This document shows positions 1 to 5,072 of a stretch of DNA of 5,072 bases, one piece after another. Both the position numbers and the translations under genes were made by a program. Location of the stretch: assembly GCA_016748015.1 (NCBI GenBank), contig JAAOMT010000726.1, positions 1 through 5,072 on the forward strand, in the 5' to 3' direction. The notes below the pieces were generated by a model, which saw only the letters and a list, made by a program, of their open reading frames with translations, had not been told where the DNA came from and searched no databases. Numbering within the stretch: the stretch's first letter is position 1; each line of letters opens with the position of its first letter. This DNA comes from Geosiphon pyriformis uo1. Lineage: Eukaryota; Fungi; Glomeromycota.

Positions 1-6
1 TTTAAT

Positions 7-90
7 ATGTTTCGGATTAAATTTCTTCCCTCAGTTCAGCGGCATAAAAAAACTTTATTGGGTGTTGCTCGATTTCTCTGCATTTTTTGA
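7..90 (+). promoter_or_regulatory. Upstream ORF in frame with the main ATG, or an alternative first exon encoding a mitochondrial presequence
   Basis: ATG7 in AATATG context, MFRIKFLPSVQRHKKTLLGVARFLCIF* (TGA 88-90); same frame as ATG160; basic and free of acidic residues. Confidence 0.4.
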
Positions 91-159
91 AACCAAGTTT
101 TTCATAACACATTTAACGCTTGCTAAAGCATATTGTATCGTGCCAGTGTAGGTAGAAAA

Positions 160-194
160 ATGTCTCAACTTATTGACGGAAAAGCAATTTCAAA
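160..194 (+). CDS. ADE3: C1-THF synthase exon 1
   Basis: [11 protein letters not shown](K); ATG in AAAAATG context; donor GTATGC at 195. Confidence 0.9.
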
Positions 195-3100
195 GTATGC
201 TTCTAAAATTGTTTTTATTCTATAACCAAGTGCCGCAATTCACTGCTTTTCTCCCAAACCTCATAACTTGTAAAACAGGTCAATTCGAGACAAGCTCAAG
301 CTCGAAGTTCAGGAATTAAAAGCGAAGCATTCCAGCTTTCGACCTCACCTCGCTATTATCCAAGTTGGTACTCGGGAGGACTCCACAGTTTATGTGCGTC
401 AAAAGGAAAAAGCTGCCAAAGAGGTTAGTGAAGAGAGATAAAAAATACGATAATATCTGAGATTTTAAATAACTATTTTTTGCCACTTTTTAACCCAGAC
501 CGGTGTCGATATTACCATTCAAAAAAAAGACTCTTCTATCACACAACACGAGGTATCCCCAGCTAACTCGAATTTTATAGTGTTCTAATAAAAAATTAAT
601 CTTTCTCTCATCGTAGCTCTTGACAGCTGTTCGTGAGCTCAACGATAATCCCCTGATACATGGCTTACTTGTTCAACTTCCATTGCCCGATCATATTGAT
701 GAGAAACTTATAAACGAATCGATTAGCCCGAAAAAAGATGTTGATGGGTAATTATTTGAGGAATTACGCCGCCTACGATCTTATCCCAGGGATATTTGTG
801 ACCTTCCGATTTGACCCTCACTTCTTTTCTTAGGTTTCATGCTCAAAATATTGGTAATCTTTCAAAACGTAACAGCAATCCATTATTTATCCCATGTACT
901 CCTAAAGGCATTATGGAGTTGTTGAATCAAACTGGTAATTTCTGTGAGTCGGTATATTTTTACCATTCTTCAATAAATTGATTTGCTACGACAATTTCAG
1001 GGATTAACATCGTGGGAAAACACGCTGTAGTAGTTGGCCGCAGTGATATTGTGGTAAAGATAACGAGCCATCTTACCTTACTCATCCTATTATAAAATAG
1101 TTACGATTATTATTATTATTTTAATTCCCATTTCTGATTTCTTAATCCTTTCTACTCTAAATTCTCAGGGATTTCCAGTTTTTACACTTCTTTCTCGTGC
1201 CCATGCTACCGTGACCTTATGTCACTCGAGGACCGAGAATCTTCAAGAAATTGTATGTTTGTTTAAAGTTTTGAGAGCTTTTCGCTGATTATATCTAATA
1301 TCATAACCAAATAGATCAAGCAAGCAGATATTCTTGTTGTCGCAATTGGTAAGCCCAATTATGTTAAAGGGAGTTGGATCAAAACTGGTGCTGTTGTTAT
1401 AGATGTGGGAACAAATCCCGTTCAAGGTAATATTATAAGTTCTTGATAAAAAATTCTCAATATATTGATTGCGAGATGATTTTTAGATCAGACTCTGAAA
1501 TCTGGAATCCGCTGGGTTGGTGATGTGGAGTTTTCAAGTGCTTCTCAAGTTGCTTCCTATATTACCCCTGTTCCCGGTGGGGTGGGTCCCATGACTGTAG
1601 CAATGCTCTTGTGTAATATTGTAGAGAGTGCGAAACGCTTCTTGAAGGAGAGTCGGGAGAAGAATATATCCATTTTACCCTTGAAACTTATTACTCCTGT
1701 TCCCAGCGATATCGATATTGCTTCGACCCAGAGTCCTAAGCCTATAAAAGTCCTGGCAGAGGAGTTGGGACTTTCTGGGAACGAGGTGTGGTTGAAATTA
1801 CAGCACCCTTAATTTAGTGATGAAAATCATTAAAGATGTGACATGAAATTTTTAGTACGAGTTGTATGGCAAATACAAAGCCAAAATTGGTCTGGAAATC
1901 CTGGAAAGGTTGAAAAATCGAAAGGATGGCAAATACGTGGTTATTACCGGGTATGTATAGTCCCATGTAGGTCCCCCTTATTCAAATTTGCCATAACCAT
2001 CTTACTCTAATTTTCTCTATCTCTCTCATTGTTTGTCCTCAAGAATCACTCCAACACCTCTTGGGGAAGGTAAATCAACTATTACAGTTGGTATTGCACA
2101 AGCCCTTGGTGCCCATCTTGGTAAAATGGCCTTTGCATGTGTCCGTCAGCCTTCTCAAGGTCCTACTTTCGGCATAAAAGGTGGCGCTGCTGGAGGAGGA
2201 TATTCTCAAATAATACCAATGGATGAATTCAATTTACACTTGACCGGGGATATTCATGCGATTACCGCCGCCAACAATTTGTTGGGTGAGTAGTTTATCT
2301 TCTCCTTTTTTATATATTTAAATCAACAATAAATTGATCAGGAATGAAATAGCGGCTGCAATTGATATCCGAATCTTTCACGAGAATAGCCAATCAGACC
2401 AGGTATCGTATTTTTAATCACAATGGCATTTCCTGACTTGAGCCTTGTCTCTTCCTCTAATTTATTTATCCCCTGATATTTCCAAAGGCTCTATTCAATA
2501 GACTTTGCCCTCCGAAAAAAGGAGTACGTTCATTTTCTTCTGTGATGGTCAAACGTCTTCAAAAGCTCCATATTTATAAAACATCTCCTGAAGAGTTGAC
2601 CCCGGAAGAGATTCATAAATTCGTGCGATTAAACATCGATCCCAATACAATTACCTGGTTTGATGGAAATTGAATTTTAATTTTAATTTCTAAATAAATA
2701 TCTAATCTTCCCTTTTTAGGCAACGAGTTCTCGACACTAATGATCGATTCTTGAGGAAAATTACTATTGGACAAAATCCCACTGAAAAATATCACGATCG
2801 TGTCACAGGATTTGATATCGCTGTTGCCAGTGAATGCATGGCAGTTCTCGCGTTAAGCATAGATCTCAGGGATATGCGTCAGCGTCTCGGTAGAATGGTA
2901 GTTGCCAGTAGTAAGGAAGGGGACCCCGTCACCGCCGACGATATTGGTATTGGCGGAGCATTAGCCGTCCTCATGAAAGATGCCATCAAACCGAATCTTA
3001 TGCAAACTCTGGAAGGAACTCCTGTGCTTGTTCATGCTGGTCCTTTTGCAAATATCGCCCATGGGAACTCGTCTATTTTAGCTGATAAAATAGCCCTGAA

Positions 3101-4426
3101 GCTAGCCGGCACTGATGATGACGAAGCAGAAGCCGGATATGTTGTCACCGAAGCAGGTTTCGGTGCGGATATTGGTATGGAAAAATTCTTCAATATCAAG
3201 TGTCGGGCATCGGGATTGGTACCTGATACTGTAGTAATAGTTGCCACTTTAAGAGCGCTAAAAATGCACGGCGGTGGTCCAGAGGTGAGTAAGGATAATA
3301 CCTCCGTCATATAATTTTCCGAGATAAGGAATACCTTTTACATCGGAAATACGTCACTTACTCCGGGTAAGCTTTATCATTCTCGATGAAGCGGATATAG
3401 CAAAAACTTTTTGCACCATTTTCTCAGAACAAAATCCAAGCTGCTCAAAACTGGTGGGATTTTCCTGGATCCCAAATAACCATGCATCCAGCTATTAACT
3501 TTCGTGGGCTTTACATTAAATTAGGTGGTCTCTGGAAAGCCATTGCCAGAGGCATACTTGAAAGAGAACCTGGAGTTATTGGAAAAAGGCTCCGCAAATC
3601 TTGTGAAACATATAGAAAATGCCAAGAAATATGGGATTTCAGTGGTGGTCGCCATTAATCAATTCACGTAAGTTGCAAGATACATGCTTTTAAGGTGTTT
3701 CAACGCTTTACTCACAATAAACTGGGTAATTCAAACTTAGTACAGATACGGAAGCTGAACTCGTCCTTGTTCGAAAAATAGCCATTGAAGCCGGTGCTGA
3801 TGATGCTGTAGCAGCATCAAACTGGGCTCAAGGTGGTGCTGGTGCAGTCGAACTCGCCAAAGCAATTATCTCCGCCTCTTCAAAACCTCAGAAAAATTTC
3901 CGATTTTTATATAATACCGAATCGAGCATCGCTGAAAAAATTGAAATCATTGCAAAGGAAATGTATGGTGCTCAAGGCATTGAATTGAGCGACAAGGCAA
4001 AAGAAAAGATTGAAACGTATACAAAGCAGGTGAGTAATTTTATCGAGAATCGTTCCTTTTAAGCTTGAATTCCAATAATCTCATTTGATTTTTCGAATTT
4101 AAACTTTATACTAGGGTTTCGCAAATCTTCCTATTTGTATGGCGAAAACGCATCTTTCTTTATCCCATGATCCCAAACTTAAAGGCGTTCCCACTGGGTT
4201 CACCGTAACAGTTCGAGATATTCGTGCTTCTGTAGGTGCTGGATTTTTGTACCCTCTATTGGGTGAAATGCAAACCATGCCGGGCTTGCCTACGGTTAGT
4301 GTGCAATGCATTAATTATCAGACTTTAATTATTCATTCTAAAATTCCCCACTTCTTTCCTTAGCGCCCAGCCTTTTATGATGTGGACTTGGACCCTGATA
4401 CTGGAAAAGTTTTAGGACTGTTTTAA
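160..4426 (+). CDS. ADE3: C1-tetrahydrofolate synthase (methylene-THF dehydrogenase / methenyl-THF cyclohydrolase / formate-THF ligase), complete spliced gene, 18 exons, 936 aa
   Basis: Manual splicing join(160..194,279..423,499..552,617..747,834..934,1001..1053,1169..1252,1315..1426,1487..1785,1856..1950,2044..2285,2353..2402,2488..2657,2720..3284,3525..3667,3741..4029,4115..4294,4364..4426) = 2811 nt, one open frame, all introns GT..AG. Dehydrogenase/cyclohydrolase motifs: LIDGK, YVRQK (YxxxK), [39 protein letters not shown]. Formate-THF ligase motifs: [75 protein letters not shown]-terminal GLF*. ADE3 versus MIS1 orthology cannot be settled from the sequence; the ATG160 product has no presequence and so looks cytosolic. 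Confidence 0.97.
279..423 (+). CDS. ADE3: C1-THF synthase exon 2
   Basis: [48 protein letters not shown]; CAG acceptor at 278, GTTAGT donor at 424. Confidence 0.93.
499..552 (+). CDS. ADE3: C1-THF synthase exon 3
   Basis: [18 protein letters not shown]; CAG at 498, GTATCC at 553. Confidence 0.88.
617..747 (+). CDS. ADE3: C1-THF synthase exon 4
   Basis: [43 protein letters not shown](G); TAG at 616, GTAATT at 748. Confidence 0.93.
834..934 (+). CDS. ADE3: C1-THF synthase exon 5
   Basis: [33 protein letters not shown]; TAG at 833, GTAATT at 935. Confidence 0.93.
1001..1053 (+). CDS. ADE3: C1-THF synthase exon 6
   Basis: (G)[17 protein letters not shown]; CAG at 1000, GTAAAG at 1054. Confidence 0.93.
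1106..1120. repeat. (ATT)5 microsatellite in intron 6
   Basis: attattattattatt. Confidence 0.8.
1169..1252 (+). CDS. ADE3: C1-THF synthase exon 7
   Basis: [28 protein letters not shown]; CAG at 1168, GTATGT at 1253. Confidence 0.93.
1315..1426 (+). CDS. ADE3: C1-THF synthase exon 8
   Basis: [37 protein letters not shown]; TAG at 1314, GTAATA at 1427. Confidence 0.93.
1487..1785 (+). CDS. ADE3: C1-THF synthase exon 9 (end of dehydrogenase/cyclohydrolase domain, linker, start of synthetase domain)
   Basis: (D)[15 protein letters not shown]...[17 protein letters not shown]...PVPSDIDIA...LGLSGNE; TAG at 1486, weak donor GTGTGG at 1786. Confidence 0.92.
1856..1950 (+). CDS. ADE3: C1-THF synthase exon 10
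   Basis: [31 protein letters not shown](G); TAG at 1855, GTATGT at 1951. Confidence 0.93.
2044..2285 (+). CDS. ADE3: C1-THF synthase exon 11
   Basis: [12 protein letters not shown]...[35 protein letters not shown]; AAG acceptor at 2043, GTGAGT at 2286. Confidence 0.95.
2353..2402 (+). CDS. ADE3: C1-THF synthase exon 12
   Basis: (A)[16 protein letters not shown]; TAG at 2352, GTATCG at 2403. Confidence 0.92.
2488..2657 (+). CDS. ADE3: C1-THF synthase exon 13
   Basis: [56 protein letters not shown](W); AAG at 2487, GTTTGA at 2658. Confidence 0.93.
2720..3284 (+). CDS. ADE3: C1-THF synthase exon 14
   Basis: [18 protein letters not shown]...[13 protein letters not shown]...[21 protein letters not shown]...LKMHGGGPE; TAG at 2719, GTGAGT at 3285. 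Confidence 0.95.
3285..3524 (+). other. Intron 14: unusually long (240 nt), structured, with an internal donor; candidate cis-regulatory RNA element
   Basis: The other 16 introns are 60-115 nt. Boundaries GTGAGT..TTAG are fixed by the protein frame. Internal GTAAGC at 3367, TTTTCTCAG ending 3427, and at least four hairpins read by eye. The intron call is firm; a regulatory role is inference. Confidence 0.5.
3525..3667 (+). CDS. ADE3: C1-THF synthase exon 15
   Basis: [47 protein letters not shown](T); TAG at 3524, GTAAGT at 3668. Confidence 0.93.
3741..4029 (+). CDS. ADE3: C1-THF synthase exon 16
   Basis: [42 protein letters not shown]...[19 protein letters not shown]...YTKQ; TAG at 3740, GTGAGT at 4030. 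Confidence 0.94.
4115..4294 (+). CDS. ADE3: C1-THF synthase exon 17
   Basis: [60 protein letters not shown]; TAG at 4114, GTTAGT at 4295. Confidence 0.95.
4364..4426 (+). CDS. ADE3: C1-THF synthase exon 18 (terminal)
   Basis: [20 protein letters not shown] then TAA at 4424-4426; TAG acceptor at 4363. Confidence 0.94.
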   Translation, partial: RPAFYDVDLDPDTGKVLGLF

Positions 4427-4665
4427 ATGAGCATGAGACTGTCAGAAGTCAACCATTTTCTCCCTTTTTAATTGATATTTTAATTTAAGGTAGAACTGAT
4501 TTTTTGTAATGTGAATTAGTTATATTTTCCGCATGCATTTGGGGATGTAGATAAAACCGAATATTATAAAAAAAGCGGTAATCTAATCTGATATTGTATT
4601 ATAAATTTCTTTTATTTATTCACAATTTTTATGCAAATTTGTGCATATTGAAAATTAAAATTAGT

Positions 4666-4671
4666 AATAAA
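4666..4671 (+). terminator. Candidate AATAAA polyadenylation signal of the C1-THF synthase gene (other copies at 4775, 4840, 4960)
   Basis: AATAAA about 240 nt after the stop codon; low specificity in AT-rich DNA. Confidence 0.25.
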
Positions 4672-4911
4672 GTATAAATCAAAAGAGAAAAAATCTGTAC
4701 AAAAATTAAAATTACAATCCCAATCTAATCTTGAATTGTATTTCACGTTCAAATTTTCGCTGGACGGGAAGGGAAATAAAAATTAGTGGTGTGAATGATG
4801 AACGAGGTATTATAAAAATATGTTCTAAATGTAAAATTAAATAAATCACTTTTACTCAATCAACTTGAACTTGGCATAAAAAATAATTAAGATGGTATAG
4901 GTAATTGTCTG

Positions 4912-5045
4912 TTAAAGAATTTCATCTCTATAGAACGATTAAATAGGTGTCAATCCTCAAATAAAAAATTAGGAGAAACTTGTCAAATTATACTACTAAA
5001 TTTGATGATATATCTTACAACTCAACGGGAACACCCAAAGATTCT
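4912..5045 (-). CDS. Putative last two coding exons of a convergent gene (C-terminus ...ESLGVPVELDEIL*), product unknown
   Basis: Minus strand: T25-AG acceptor (5046), exon 5045..5019, donor GTAAGA (5018), 91-nt intron with TTAAT branch-like site and CTATAG acceptor (4928), exon 4927..4912 ending in TAA. Only 13 sense codons are visible. Confidence 0.5.
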
Positions 5046-5047
5046 CT

Positions 5048-5072
5048 AAAAAAAAAAAAAAAAAAAAAAAAA
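5048..5072. repeat. A25 homopolymer at the window end (poly-T tract on the minus strand)
   Basis: 25 consecutive A residues running to the end of the sequence. Confidence 0.9.

Noticed and set aside
3291-3308. AGGATAATACCT resembles the P5/L5 hairpin (GGAUAAUACC) of fungal TPP riboswitches
   Set aside because: There is no upstream CUGAGA J3/2 motif or P2/P4 pairing, the upstream sequence is coding exon, and the gene is not thiamine-related.
3032-3310. Minus-strand 92-aa ORF (also 1243-1425, 2613-2795 and 4111-4311)
   Set aside because: These are antisense shadows of conserved coding exons that run into or across introns, with no recognisable motifs.
3308-3366. CATATAAT...GATAAGG resembles the 5' half of a bacterial purine riboswitch
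   Set aside because: P2 cannot close around the GAUAAGG loop, the L3 CCGUAAA motif is absent, and there is no P1 3' strand.
3356-3417. U1 snRNA-like bits (ACTTAC, TTGCAC)
   Set aside because: ACUUACCUG is incomplete, the SL1 loop GAUCACGAAG is absent, TTGCAC lies mostly in a stem rather than a loop, and there is no convincing Sm site.
3285-3524. Known THF or ZMP/ZTP riboswitch in intron 14
   Set aside because: I could not find their consensus cores by eye on either strand; a cmscan search is needed to exclude them formally.
1525-4363. Plus-strand ORF-track entries read as separate genes or a fragmented pseudogene
   Set aside because: They are exons 9, 11, 14 and 17 reading into introns; GT-AG splicing joins them into one uninterrupted frame.
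4795-4801. C-box-like ATGATGA (also GTGATGA at 1817-1823 in intron 9), suggesting a C/D snoRNA
   Set aside because: There is no downstream CTGA D box at a suitable distance and no terminal stem; intron 9 is also too short.
5048-5072. mRNA poly(A) tail or retrocopy
   Set aside because: All 17 introns are present, the nearest AATAAA is more than 80 nt upstream, and the run fits a minus-strand acceptor tract.

Overview
AT-rich eukaryotic genomic DNA, probably from an intron-rich early-diverging fungus (inference from short 60-115 nt introns, degenerate branch sites and a fungal-type protein). Most of the window is one complete plus-strand gene for trifunctional C1-tetrahydrofolate synthase (ADE3/MIS1/MTHFD1 family): 18 exons and 17 GT-AG introns from ATG 160 to TAA 4426, giving 936 aa by manual splicing. 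The most unusual element is intron 14 (3285-3524). At 240 nt it is about three times the typical intron here, and it holds several hairpins, a second consensus donor (GG|GTAAGC at 3367) and an anti-donor element (CTTACTC, 3357-3363) able to pair with either donor. This is a candidate RNA switch for productive versus premature-stop splicing, unproven. An upstream in-frame ATG (7) may add a mitochondrial presequence through an optional intron. The terminal A25 run reads better as the polypyrimidine tract of a convergent minus-strand gene ending ...ESLGVPVELDEIL*.
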